Below, piece by piece: positions 35,241 through 47,126 of a stretch of 64,000 nucleotides of DNA (within the stretch, counting starts at the first letter, position 1; every line of letters begins with the position of its first letter). The notes beneath the pieces were generated by a model. The model searched no databases. It worked only from the letters and a program-made list of their open reading frames with translations, and was not told where the DNA came from. The position numbers and the translations under genes were made by a program. Location: NCBI GenBank assembly GCA_004431415.1, contig QPMI01000401.1, positions 248,001-312,000 of the forward strand. The letters are read 5' to 3'. Origin of the DNA: Cyanophora paradoxa CCMP329. Lineage: Eukaryota; Plantae; Glaucophyta.

Positions 35241-36403
35241 ATGCGGCCAACGCGCGTCGTCGGCGCCGGGCGTAGCACGTCGACGTTGGCGGCCGTACTC
35301 GCCGGCGTTCTCCTCGTTTGCCTGTTTGCAAGCGCCTTCGCGGCCTCCTGTGTGGTGAGCAAGACGCTGCGACTCGCGCGCCGGCCGCGCGCACGACACA
35401 CGATACACGAGCTGTCTACTGCATGCGACAACATTTAGACTGCGACCTCATATTGCGCTGCCAAATTGCGCATAGCTTCGCGAGGCACCCCGCCGGCGCG
35501 ACGCCATCTGACCGGATCGGCGGGACGCATGCGCAGACACGAGGCGATGAACCCGTTGATCTTGCTCAGCTAAACGCGAAGGATCCCGCGTACTACAAGT
35601 CGGGCACAGCCGACAGCGGGCTCGAAGTCTTCTTTCAGGTTCGCGTGGCTTCGCGCGGGGGCCGCCTGTGACAGTACTGCGTTATAACTAGCTCTCATGA
35701 TCAACGTGCGCGCTCGGCAGATCTGTGGCGCCTCGGTAGATGCGACCGTGAACCCGGAAATGGCAAGCTGCGGAACTGCGACGTCCCTCGGCTTTGCTGT
35801 CGTCAAGAACGCGTCGGACGGGAGCTGGGACTGCACTGCCCTGGGCGCCGCCGATCCCGAGGTTGTCGCATTGACGACTGGGGATGCGCCAGGCTATGTC
35901 GTACAGACGAAAGACCTCTGGTATTTTTATCTCGATTTTAACCAGTTGGCATCTGTCACACTGACTGGATTGAATTTCGCAGGGTTAAGGTCCTTTGCGA
36001 CGATCAGGCGGATTCGGTTCAGATCGCAGGAGACCCTGTATACGCGGAAGACACTGGTCTCTTCACTGTCGCCGTGTCCTCGAAAGCTGTTTGTGTCACT
36101 CCATCCTCCGGGCACAGCAGTGTGCTCTTCATCTTCTTCGTGTTCTTCCTGCTGGCATTGGGCGTGTACTGCGGCGTGGGGATAGCCTGGAAGCGCAGAA
36201 CCCTTGGTGTCTCAGGCATTGAGGTGAGCTTCTGTTTTGACTTGCCATGATCAAACTCGCCACAAATTTTTTGTTCATGATTATTTGTGCAGGCGATCCC
36301 CAATGTCGAGTTCTGGCGATCAATCCCTGCATACATGAACGCTCTCTGGCATGCAACGCTTGCCAGGTTCAGAAATCAATCTGAGTACACACCTCTAGCT
36401 TAG
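35241..36403 (+). CDS. Cation-dependent mannose-6-phosphate receptor / ATG27-like type I membrane protein
   Basis: Signal peptide; Cys-containing MRH-like luminal region; TM FIFFVFFLLALGVYCGVGIAW; GIEAIPNVEFWRSIP; C-terminal YTPL sorting motif. Confidence 0.8.
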
Positions 36404-36575
36404 AGATGATTCGAATTCATATTTGTAGCATTGTGCAGTCCGTGTTGCAATTGTGTTTATGCCAAGAATTCTTCCTTTCACCCGTATCGTTCCTCCCACC
36501 ATGAGCATCCAATGTCGCTGAAATACACAAGCTCTGTAAATGTAAATGCATTTCCTGGCTACACAGCACCAGGGA

Positions 36576-38152
36576 CTAGGAACCCCCCTTGGCATTGAGG
36601 AAGCTCTTTTTCCTGCCCTCGAAGCCTGGCCTGCGCTTCTTCTGTGCAGATCCACCCTTCTTCTGCACTTCCTGTCAGAGATAGAGCAAGCAGAAATGCT
36701 GCAAAAACCGTACCTTGTCCTTCTTGTCCTTCTTGTCCTTCTTGTCCTTGGACTTATCAACTTTTCTGTTCTTAATATTCTCCATCCGCTGCTTGGCCCG
36801 CTGCTCCTGTGAGTCCTTCTCTGCCTTCTTGCGCTCTTGCCTGCAGACAGAGGGATCCAATCAGCTGATTACAATCAATAGAAGAGAGCTTTGAGCGCAC
36901 CATTTCTGGGCGCTCTTAACCTTGAGCTTCTGTTCTCGCTTCATGCTCTTCTTAATGAGTGCCGGCGAGTCCTTAACCTGTACCCCCAGCATCAAAATGA
37001 GCACTGGAGCCCAGTCCAATCAAAAGCGGACCTTCTCGCCCTGTGCCCGAAGCATCGACTTTTCGTACGCCTTATCTATTGCAAGAGACTGCGAGGAATG
37101 AGCGCTGGCACACGGATGCCTGGATGATGGCAGACGCACGTGTCCCTCCTCAGTGCCCTTTAACGCCTGAAGCTGCTCCTTCTCCGTCTCTGCCTGCAAA
37201 AAGACTCGGGATTTATTGAGTTGTCTGACAAGACGGTGTTACCTTCTTCAAGAGGGCCGCCTTGCTCTTGTGCTTCTCTTTCCTTTCCTTCTGCAGAATG
37301 GTTGTGGGCATTGGCCTCTTTCCGGCGAACTCGACCTTGCCGAATTGAAGTTCCGCATCCTTCTGCAAATGAAGTGTTATTTTGTGCGACGAATGCAGGA
37401 CTTGACCAGTGCAGGCTAACCACGCTAGGCAGTGGCTTGGGGGCAGGCTTAGCTGGAGCCTCGTCCTCGGAACCGGACGGCTCTGTGCGGGGGAGCGGTG
37501 AACGGGCGAAGCAGAGCTAAAACAAGGGACTCACGATGCTCGTGCTCGCCCTCGTGCTGCGAACTCTCCTTCTTCGCCTTTTTCGCCTTCGGCTCCTTCT
37601 TCTTCGGTTCCTTGCGCTTCGGCTCCCGCTGCTGCTTCCTCTGCTCCTCCGCATGCCTCCTTTGCCGCAGGTCCTCGAGGCGCTTGTGCAAGCGCTCGCG
37701 CAACTCCTCGATTGACGCGGCCCCCGTTTTCAGCGGGCGCTCGGCTGCTCGGCGAGGATGATCACGCGTACGTCGCTCACAAGCGCACGCGCATGCACAC
37801 CCTTGGGTTCGTTCTCCTTCTGGAGCCGCTGCAGCTCCGAGATCGACTTCGCCTGCTCGGGATCGAACTGGTGCGGCGAGTCAGCCAGCGAGCGTGCGCG
37901 CAATCGTGCGTAGCTAGCATACCTTCGCCTTCTTCCGGATCTTGGCGCTCGCCTCCTTCTGCTCTTGCTTTGGCGCCTTGCGCTTCTTGTTCTTGCCGAG
38001 CTTCGGGGCCTGAGAGCGCCGTGAGCGGCTAGCTCTGGAACGGCGCCGGGCACGCTTACCCAATCCGCATCATCGCGGGGCATGTAGAACTGCGCCGGGA
38101 TGAGGTCGAGACAGGCGTCGAAGAACCGGGCGGTCTGTAGAGCCCGCTCCAT
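36576..38152 (-). CDS. SURF6: SURF6/Rrp14 nucleolar ribosome biogenesis protein
   Basis: FFDACLDLIPAQFY (RRP14 N-terminus); ELRERLHKRLEDLR; RAQGEKVKDSPALIKKSMKR..KSAQKW; RRPGFEG. Confidence 0.9.
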
Positions 38153-38348
38153 CGCTACACTTTCTAAAAGCACTAGCGCAGGTGGATTCGATCGCGCTGC
38201 TTCCGCCGCCGCGAGGCAGGGTTCGATCGTCGGGGTACGTGGAAATCAGTCTAGACCTGGGTTCTTGGCGAGCGGAACTGGCTTGAGCCTTCGAGAATCT
38301 GATCGAGAAGCTCGGCTTGCAGCGGAAGCGTGAGCTTGCGTGCCAGCG

Positions 38349-38972
38349 ATGAACCCCGCCAGGCCCGTCGTCGGCGGGCGGGGTCTCGCCGAGCCGCCGC
38401 CGCAGCCCGTGCCGAAACGGAAGCTGCAGGACCTCGTTGACAAGGTAGACCGCATTTGAATGAAACGCCTCGCATGCACTCTTCTCGCGTCGCGCACGCT
38501 CACCTCGGCTCCAGATCAATCCGAACGAGAAGCTCGACCCGGATGTGGAGGAGGTTAGCTAAACTCGACGCGCGCAGCGGTAGCATGGCTAAGGCGGCTC
38601 GCTCTCGCAGATGCTCCTTGAAATCGCCGACGACTTCTTGAGCAGCGTCACTGCGATGGCCTGCAGCCTCGCGAAGCACAGAAAGTCGGAAATCCTTGAT
38701 GTCAAGGATCTGAAACTGCACCTTGGTCCGCCGCGGCAGCCGCTGGAGTCTCCCATCCCCAGCTGACCCCACCCGCAGAGAAGAACTACAACATTAGCGT
38801 CCCGGGCTTTACATCCTCTCTGGACGATATTCGACCGACCAAGAAGGCTGCGGTGCGCTCTGCTGATGACCGCAACGCACAGAATCGCCCTCACGCGGGT
38901 CCGTAGATGACGGACTTGCACAAGCAGCGCTTGCAGGCAGCGAAGAAGGCAATGTCTAGTAGTAGCAAGTAG
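38349..38972 (+). CDS. TAF12: TFIID subunit TAF12 (histone fold); five short exons, missed by the ORF track
   Basis: Spliced: [10 protein letters not shown]|[13 protein letters not shown]|[38 protein letters not shown]|[11 protein letters not shown]..|MTDLHKQRL. Confidence 0.93.
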
Positions 38973-39137
38973 ATTCATAGCTAGATTTCCGACAGTGCAT
39001 TCCCCTGTACATACTGAAATCATAAACTTGAAACCCTGTCGCGAGGAAACCCCGGTGACCCTCCGAGCTCATTAATTGCGAGCTCATTGATTGCACGTTT
39101 TCGCTATCGGTGTCCCTCTTATGCTGCATCTCATCCT

Positions 39138-39859
39138 TCAGCTGACAGAAGATCCTTCGTGCTCCAAAATTGAAGTCATGCTTATAAATTCAAGTTGAAG
39201 CGCTTTAGCTATTTCGGTCCATGAAGTAGGGGTTGGAGGGGACCTGCCCTGTGAACTCTGCTCCAGAGAAGTCGAAGCCAGGTGACTGCGGAATGGAGTA
39301 CATTGGTCATCAGGTTCCCATCGGAAGATAGTCTCTCAATACGTCATTCGCCAGCTCACCTCGGCCTGGAACTTCTCCAGCATCATCTTCTTCTGCATCT
39401 CCTCTGCCTTGAAAGGGTCGAGGCCATGCGCGGGCACCAAAAAGTTCCACACGTCGTGCTCCTTTCCCTTCTGCAAGACGATCCGAATCTCTTTTCCGTC
39501 TTCGGGGCGCTGGGTCACGTCCTCTGCGCGCCGCCCTCAAGCCCGAGGTGAAGAACGCAGACAGAAGGCGAACCGAGGGTCCAGATGGAGTCCTCCGGCT
39601 TGGTGAGGCCCCCAAGCTGGCCTTCGATCATGAGCGGCTGCCCCTTGAGCCCCGCCTTGAGGCTCGACGGCTTGAACTCGACGAGCACGTCCTTCCCGCG
39701 CGTTCCTGCGCGGGTCTGATCGGCGAGTGCGGGTTCGCGCGCGCGGCTGCGCACACCTGGCGGTGCAGGCAGCATGATGTGGACCTCATTCCTCGTCTGC
39801 GACCACTTGCCAGCGCCGCAGGGCGCCCACACCAGCCCGGCCTTCTCGTCGAAGTTCAT
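39138..39859 (-). CDS. NudC/CS (p23-like) domain protein, NudCD2-like
   Basis: WSQTRNEVHI..LMIEGQLGGLTKPEDSIWTL..IVLQKG..MQKKMMLEKFQAE|SPGFDFSGAEF. Exact stop uncertain. Confidence 0.88.
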
Positions 39860-40191
39860 CGCACGTGTGACTCCGCGCGACGAGCGCGCCTGTGCGCGTA
39901 TTTAAACTATCTAGAAGTCTGCCTCCTTTGCTGTCCAGACCGACACGACCGCTGTGAGCTTCTGGAAGAGCGCTGCCTCGGTACTCGCCGGCGGTCGAGG
40001 CTGGCGGCTGATGAGAGGGAGACGAAGAGCGCCTATACGTGGCCGATGCGGTTGTGCAGGGGTCGGCTGCGCTTGCTTCGCTGCTTCGGGTCAAGTTCGA
40101 CCGTACCCGGCAAGCGATCCGTCCGATTCCGTCGCGTCCCGATTGCGTCGGTGCCAGCGATTGTTCCGGGACCAGCGAGAGCCACATAGCG

Positions 40192-41543
40192 ATGTTCGGC
40201 GGCGCGCGGGGCCGGGCTGCCTTCGCCGCGCCGCTGCCGGCCGGTATCGCGCCGCTGCGCCGCTGCGGTGCTGACGTATGCCGGGCCGGTACCAGCTGCG
40301 CGACGAGCACGCTGAATAAACACCGGCGGCTCGCGCTGCACGGGACGCGCACGCGGCACCGGCTGCGCTTCCCGCAGCGCGATTTCCAGGCCGCGGAGCG
40401 CGGCGGGGGCGCGCCGCTGATGGTGTCCGAGCTCTCCAGCAACCAGCGTCTGGCTTCCACCGTGCTCGCCGCGATGGGCCTCGCGGACACGGCGTACCTG
40501 ACCGTCGCGGCGCAAAGCGTCGTCTGCCCGACCGCCGGCTGCACGCTGGTCTTGACGAGCGAGTACGCACGAGTCTTCGGCTTCCCGCTTCCTGTCATGG
40601 GCCTCGCGGCGTACGGTGCGAGCCCCGCGGCGGCGGGCGGTCGCCCCCGCTGACGTGAGCGCCGCCGGCAGCAACCGCGCTGGCTTTGGCCGCCGGGCCC
40701 TCGCTCGTCGGACAGGGAAGCGAAGGCTCCGAAGAGGGCGCTGGCCTCGCCCGCGTGTCGGCGCTCGGCCTGCAGTTCGTCTCCGGGGCGCTGGCGGCGG
40801 CGAGCGTCTACTTTGTGTACCTGATGGCCGTCGTGATCGACGAGTGGTGCATCTACTGCCTCGGATCCGTCGCCACGTCCCTCCTCCTCTTCTCCGTTTC
40901 CGCCGTCGGCTCCCGCGCATGGAAGCTCCCCGCCGCCGGCGCCCTCTCGGCCGCCCTCTTCCTCGCCCTCGCCGCGCCCCCTGCCGAGGACGTCCTACCC
41001 CCCTTGTCTTCCGATACAGCCATCTCCTCCTCTTCCTCCTCGACCCCATCTGCCTCCCAGGAGCCATCCAGTCCCGCCGCCCTCGCCCTCGCCTCCCACC
41101 TCCAGCGCCTCGGCGCCCGCTTTTACGGTTCGCCTGTGCCCTCCAAAGCCTCTGCAGCTCGAGCTCATTCCTTCCCCCTCAGGTGCCTTCTGGTGTACCC
41201 AGTGCGCCGCCCCCTTGCGCGCCCCATCCCGCCCCCGCTTCTAGCCTCACTGCGCGTGCACGCGCAGCTGTGCGGAACAAAAGGCCCTGCTGGGGCCCGA
41301 AGCTTTCGCCATGCTGGATTACGTCGAGTGCGACGCGCGGGTCCAGAACGGTGTACCCGCCACCTGCAAGGAGCGGGGCGTGAAGGGGTACCCCACCTGG
41401 TGCGCCCCAATTCGCTATCTACCCAGTGCTCCCTCCCGCCGCCGCGAGCTCGAGCGATGCGCCGCAGGGAGATCAACGGAGAGCTGTACCCGGGAATCAA
41501 GTCTCTGGAACAGCTCGCAGAGATCAGCGGCCTCGATTCGTGA
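40192..41543 (+). CDS. LTO1: Plastid VKOR-thioredoxin fusion (lumen thiol oxidoreductase LTO1)
   Basis: CPTAGCTLVLTSEYARVFGFPL..GLAAYG; WCIYC; then LASHL..GARFYGAFWCTHCAEQK..YVEC..C..GVKGYPTWEINGELYPG; transit-peptide-like N-terminus. Confidence 0.92.
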
Positions 41544-41746
41544 TCGGCCGCGGCCGTGCGCGCGTTCTTGTCACAGTGTCACGTATACGTATGCATATTG
41601 AAATCAAAGAAACTGGACTGGACTGCCTCTGTGGTTCTTGAATAAGGAGAGGAATTATTATGAAAGGCCGCGCGGTGCGGTGGACGGGATCGGAGCGCCC
41701 CGGGCCGGCCGGCCCGCCGCGCCGGGTGGGAAAGGCTCAGCTGAGC

Positions 41747-44448
41747 TCAGCTGAGGAAGCGCTTCACGTTCGCCACGATGCCGTCGACCTCCATCATGGC
41801 GCCCATGCCTTCCATGCCGAAAGCGAGCGGTCAGGCGCAGCTGCCTTCGAACGGGGCGGGGCGGGACGGGGCGGGGAGGCACCTTTGTCCCCGCAGGCGA
41901 GCACCTTGGAGACGGGCTCGAGGACGATCACGCCCCACGACCGCAGCTTCCGCAGCTGCGGCGCGGGGCTCAGAGGGGGCGGAGGGCGGCGGGCGGCGGA
42001 GGGGCCAGCGCCCGCCTGCTCGGCCGTGATCGGGTGCTCCCACATGCACGTGTTCATCGCGGGGGCGACCTGCGGGGCCGGGGGGGGGGTACGGGATGAG
42101 AACGCGGCTGGGCTGGGCCCGACAAGAATGAGCGCGCCATGAAGGGGCGGTTGAAGTCCCAGGCGCGGGCGACGCAGGTGAGGAGGTTGTCGCAGAGGCC
42201 GTTGGAGACCTTGGCCAGCGTGTTCGCCGAGAGCGGCGCGATGAGCAGAAGGTCCGCCCACCGCCGCAGCTGCAGCGCCCGGGGCTCGGCTCGGACGGGA
42301 GGATATGGTGGGGGGGTGGGGGTACCTCGATGTGGACGACGGGGTCGCCGCGCTGGGACCAGGCGGTCCACTCGTCCGAGTTGTTGAGGCAGGCGAGCGT
42401 CGACTCGTTCACGGGGATGGGTGCCAGCCTCAGGAAGTGGTCCGCCCGGTCCGTTGAGAGCACCCGGACCTGCTCGGATTCGAACCGGGGGAGAAGAAGG
42501 CAAACGGGGCCGGGCGGGATTCGAGCGCACGTCCGCGAACTCGGCGAGGCGCACGGCGAGCTCCGCGGCCTTGATGGCGGCGACGCTGCCCGTGAGGCCC
42601 TGCGGCGCGGGTTCGACTCGGGGCGGTGGGATAAGGGAGCGCCCGCGCCCGGCTGACCAGGATGATGTTCGGCCGTCGGCCGGTGGAGGGGCCGTGGTAG
42701 GGTGTGGCGGGGGCGACGGGGATGACGACCTTGGCAGGGGGTATGGGCGCCGCCGCGGAGGCCGCGCTCGCCCCCGGGGCCGCCTCCGTCGCCATGGGGG
42801 TACCGAGGTTGGGAAGGCTGGGGAGGGAGAGGATGGAGTTGGGTACGAGGGAGGGGAGGATGGAGGAGCCGAGGAGGTTGGGGAGGAGGGGGGAGAGGCC
42901 GGCGAGGGGGTTGCCGGCGCCGCCGCCCAGGGACCCGTTCAGGGCGCCCTGGAGCCCCTGGAGCCCCTGAAGCCCCTGGAGCCCCTGGAGTCCTTGCAGG
43001 CCTTGGAGACCTTGGAGCCCCTGTAAGCCCTGCAAACCCTGCAGGCCGGCCAGCCCCTGGAGGGCGTTCAGGAGGAGATTCTGCTGCTGCTGCTGCTGCT
43101 GCTGCGCCCCGGGCCCCGCCGGCGCCGCCCCCGGCACAGGCGGCTGCTCGCCCGGCGAGTGGCCGGCGGCGGGCGTTGCGGCCGAGTGGGGAGCGGGGGC
43201 GGAGTGGTGCATGGGCGGAGGCGGGCCGGCCGGCTTGACGGGCGGTGGGGGCTGGACAGACCGCACGGCGGCGGCTGCGGCTGGGGGAGGGGACGGTGCA
43301 CGGAGGGGCCGGCGACGGCGGGGGAGAGGCACCCGCGGGCGGGCCGTGGGTGGGGCGTGGGGAGGGGCGTGGGACGGGGCGTGGGACGGGGCGTGGGGAG
43401 GGGCGTGGGAAGGGGCGTGGGGAGGGGCGTGGGGAGGGGCGTGGGGAGGGGCATGGGGGGCTGGAAGAGAAGGCTTTGCCAAGGAGGCCGAGGGCTGAGG
43501 CGGAGCGTAGCCGGTGGGGGGCCGGTGGAGGGACTGGGGCTCGGTGCGGGGACGCGCGATCGAGGCCGCCACGGGCGAGGGGCCTGCGGCGCATCAACGG
43601 CGTGCCGAGGGCAGCCTGGAGGGTGGGGGGTACAGGAAAACTCTCACCCGAGGGACGGGGCACGCCGACGACGACGGGGACGGCGGGAGGGGCTTCGGAG
43701 GGGCCCGGGACGGGGCTGGAGACCTGCGTGCGAGTCGGGCGCGGGCGGAAGCGGACGCGGGGCGCAGGCGCACGGTGCTGGGGAGGGAGGTGGGGGTAGA
43801 GGGTTGTGGCCCGGGCCCGGGGGAGGCGAGGCGGCGGGGCTGGACGGCAACTCCGATGGCGGGCGGGGTCGGCGGCGGCGCCCCGTTCGTCGCCAGGGCG
43901 AAGACTGCCGACGCGCTGGGCGCCGCCCCGGGCCGCCCCGAGACGGCCGGGGCCGCGGGGACGGGTGCAGAGCCGTCCGGACCCGTGCCGAAGCGGAACG
44001 GCCTTCCGGCGCTCGAGCTCTGGGTGGGGGTGGAGGCGAACAGGCGGAGCGCCGAGGATCCGGCGGGGGTCGTCGGTGCAGGCGGGCCGGGTCCGACTGC
44101 TGCCGGTGCCTGCGGGACGGGACTCGCTGGCTTGGCCGCCGGAGTTGGGCTGGGCGCCGCAGGGGCGGTGGGCGGCGTGGCGCCAGCCGCCGCCGGCGCG
44201 CTCTGTGCCAGGTCCAAAAGCGCTCCAACGGCAGTTGTCGCCTCTGGCGGTGCTTCGGCCGCTTCCGCAGCGGGCGGAGCGTCATGGGAGGTCATCGTCA
44301 CGTCGCCCGAGCTGCTACCGCGGCGGCTGCCGGAGTTCGCCATCTCGACATCTGGCGCGTCTGCCAGCGGAGCGCTGTCGCTGTTGTAGCCGGCGGACGC
44401 CTCCTCCGTCTCCATGGGCGTTGCGCCGGTCGACGTACCGCCCGACAT
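41747..44448 (-). CDS. Phosphopantothenoylcysteine decarboxylase (HAL3/PPCDC flavoprotein) with long low-complexity N-terminal extension
   Basis: [14 protein letters not shown]; [54 protein letters not shown]; [12 protein letters not shown]; LACGDKG. The extension from the ATG at 44448 is less certain than the core. Confidence 0.85.
42946..43062 (-). repeat. Coding 9-bp repeat: LQG-LAG-(LQG)11, 13 Gly-X-Y triplets
   Basis: Units vary at synonymous positions (CTC/CTG/TTG/TTA/CTT; CAG/CAA; GGN). Confidence 0.9.
43352..43460. repeat. 12-bp tandem repeat GGGGCGTGGG(G/A)N, about 8 copies, encoding (PPHA/PSHA)n on the minus strand
   Basis: Directly visible tandem units. Confidence 0.85.
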
Positions 44449-44758
44449 CGGAGCGGGCCGAGATTTCGCTCCGCAGCGGCTAGCTGCGGAACAGGCACCG
44501 CCGGGCGGCGGTGGCGTGAAATGCCTTCAGATCAATCCGCGTGTGCTCCTGGGCGCCCGCGTGCGCGGGTGGGTGAATGGCGCGCTCGGGCCACGAGAGG
44601 CGACGGGGGCCGTAGAAAGAACGGCTTTCGCCACGGCTGCTCCTCTAATTCGACAATAAGTCGAACGAGGGCCCGGTTGGACGAGGGCTTGGCGCGCGAA
44701 CGAAGGCAGGGTACCCCTGCTTACGACTTTGGCGACTTCGCGGCGCGCCAACGGCGGG

Positions 44759-46833
44759 ATGCAGCTCGGAGGCGGATCCGCTGAGACGCTGGCCCTCGAA
44801 GGCCTCTCGCACTTCCTGCGCCGCCACGAAGAGAGCGACCTGGCCCTTCGGTGCGACGCCAGACACGCGTGGCCGCCACGGTCGGCTCACGCACCTCAGA
44901 TTGTTGCGAACCATCGGTCGGGAGAAGATTATTCTTCAGCTTGTGTTGCTGCAGGCGCGCTTTTGAATACTTGCTGCAGCTGGCCAAGTGCCGGCCGCCC
45001 CCCGTGGCTGGCGGCCGCTGAGCGGTTTCCACGCGCAGGAGGATGTGGCTGCCAAGGTGCAGGAGTCGCTCAAGAAGCGACAGAATCAGTCGCGGCAAAC
45101 GCCGGTTCAGAACGTGCGCCTCCGCATTGCTCCGCGACGGCCCGTCCCGCGCTGAGCGTTCCAGCCTGCGCAGCACTCGCACTTGAGCACAGATGAGACT
45201 CCGCGTGCGGTGCGGAACGAGCGCAACTTCCAGGTGAGCCCGGCCGTCGATTGGTCCCCGCCTCCGTGTTGCGTCTCACGTCGCTGGGCTTCGCAGGACC
45301 GCGAAGTGCGTGGTGAGCTCGACGGTTTGAAAGCCGAGCAGAAGGAGGACGTGGACGAGGCGCGCCTGCGGCCCTTCCTCCGTCTCCGCTGCTGCCTCTC
45401 ACACCCGCACAGCTTACGCGCCGCTGGGAGGACGCTGTGTCGAGCGAGCGGCAGGGGCGCGTGCCATCCGCCTGGTTCGAGCGCTTCCGGCAGATATACA
45501 GCCAGGCGCGGCCGCTCATCGGCATCCCGACGGACAAGATCCCGCCGAACCTCCCGCCCCCCGCCGGTGCGCGCGGCCCGAAGCGCGCGCGGCGGCTGCG
45601 CTCCGCTCACGGGCGCCGGCAGCGCCGCCGTCGACGGGCGGGGCAACGACGCCGCTAAGCAAGAAGAAGCACCACCCGCCCGTGCCGAAGCTGGACCTCT
45701 CAGCGGTGGTGAAGCCCGACCCGCCGGTGGCGAAGGTGCTGCTGGGAGGCGGGACGGCGGCGGCGACGCCGGGGAGCACGACGCCGCACGGGGACGACAT
45801 GCTGTTCAAGCTGGAGCTGATGGACGCGCTCCGGCGGCGGGAGCTCCTCCTGAACGAGCTCTCGGACGCGCTGCTGCGCGAGCTCGCGCGCGAGGGCCTC
45901 GCCTGGAAGACCTACAAGGAGGGCGGCCTCCTCTCCGCCCAGTCGCCCTCGGGCGCCAACCGCCCCGGCACGCCCATCGTCCCCACGCAGGCGCACGCGC
46001 AGCACGCGCCGGCGCTGCAGAGCGGCGGCGCCGCGCTGCTCGGCACTGTGGAGGCGGCCGTGCGGAGGATAGCGGACGCGAGCGAGTGCGCGAGGCAGCT
46101 GCAGGTAGGAGAGTCCTCCTTCGCAGCGGCGGTGCGCCCTCGCTTCCTCGCGCCCCGCGCCGCCCTCGCCGGGGGCGCCGCGAGCCGGGGCGCGCGCAGT
46201 TCCAGAGGCACAGGGCGGAGGTCGCGGCGGGGGCGGAGGCGAGCACGCCGGCGGCGCTGGAGGCGCAGGAGCAGAGGCTGCTCGCCTCGCTCGCCACCGC
46301 CGCCCTCGAAACGGCACGCCAGTGCGAGCGCCTCTGCTCCCTCTCCGACGAGGTGCTGCCTGCCCCGGCGCCTCCGGCTCCCCCTGGGTGCCAGCTTCTC
46401 GCCCCTGACTGGGCCGGGCGCGCAGATCCGCGGTCTGGTCGTGCCGCTTCTGTCGCCGGAGCACCGCTCGCCCTCGAAGGAGGAGAAGCGGCCGTGCGCG
46501 GGCTGCGAGCGGTGCGCGACGGACCCGCCTGCGCACCCTCCCGGCCGATCGATGCGGCGCGCAGGCTGGCGCAGCGCGTGGCGCAGCTCCAAACGGGCAA
46601 CGGGCACGCGCCCGCGGCCGCCGGTCACGCCACAGACGAAACGAAGCTTGCTGCGGAGATCCGGCAGGCGAGGAGAGAACGGTGCGATCCGGCGGGGCGG
46701 GGCTGCCGGTCGTGCGAAATTTGATCTGCGGGGCGGGTCGCGCAGAGACGAGGCGCTGCGGCAGCTGCAGCACGCGCGGGCAGAGAAGAAGGCGCTGGAG
46801 GGCGAGCTAGCCGTGCTGAGGCCAAGGGGCTAG
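44759..46833 (+). CDS. Uncharacterised multi-exon protein with coiled-coil segments
   Basis: Coding-like exons (AWFERFRQIYSQARPLIGIP; DMLFKLELMDALRRRELLLNELSDALLRELAREGLAWKTY; DEALRQLQHARAEKKALEGELAVL*) bounded by splice signals; no family recognised. Confidence 0.6.
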
Positions 46834-47126
46834 CCGAGTCGGCGCTACTCGGCCAGCGGCGATCTGCTCCCAACCCGCCCCCCTTTCTCTTCTTTGAACC
46901 TCTGCGTCTTGCATGTTTTCTTTGCTGCAGCTTTTTGTTTCAAATCGTGCACGCTAGACACGCGGCTAGAGCCCCCGCTATGCAGCGCGCCCAGCCTTGG
47001 GAGTTCGCGCACCAATTGCAATGCACGAATTCGAATACCCTTGACCGACTCTGAGCTATAAGCTCGCTGCTCAATCGCCGTGAAGCGAATGCGAACAGTT
47101 TATTAGAGCGATCAGACTGAGAAGCG

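Noticed and set aside
35048-35434. In-frame upstream extension of GlnRS as an organellar targeting peptide
   Set aside because: It overlaps the first exon of the divergent M6PR-like gene, and nothing beyond an open frame supports it.
38500-38772. Minus-strand 90-aa ORF
   Set aside because: Antisense shadow of the TAF12 exons.
42946-43460. CRISPR-like array
   Set aside because: Contiguous 9- and 12-bp coding repeats with no unique spacers and no cas genes, in a eukaryotic context.
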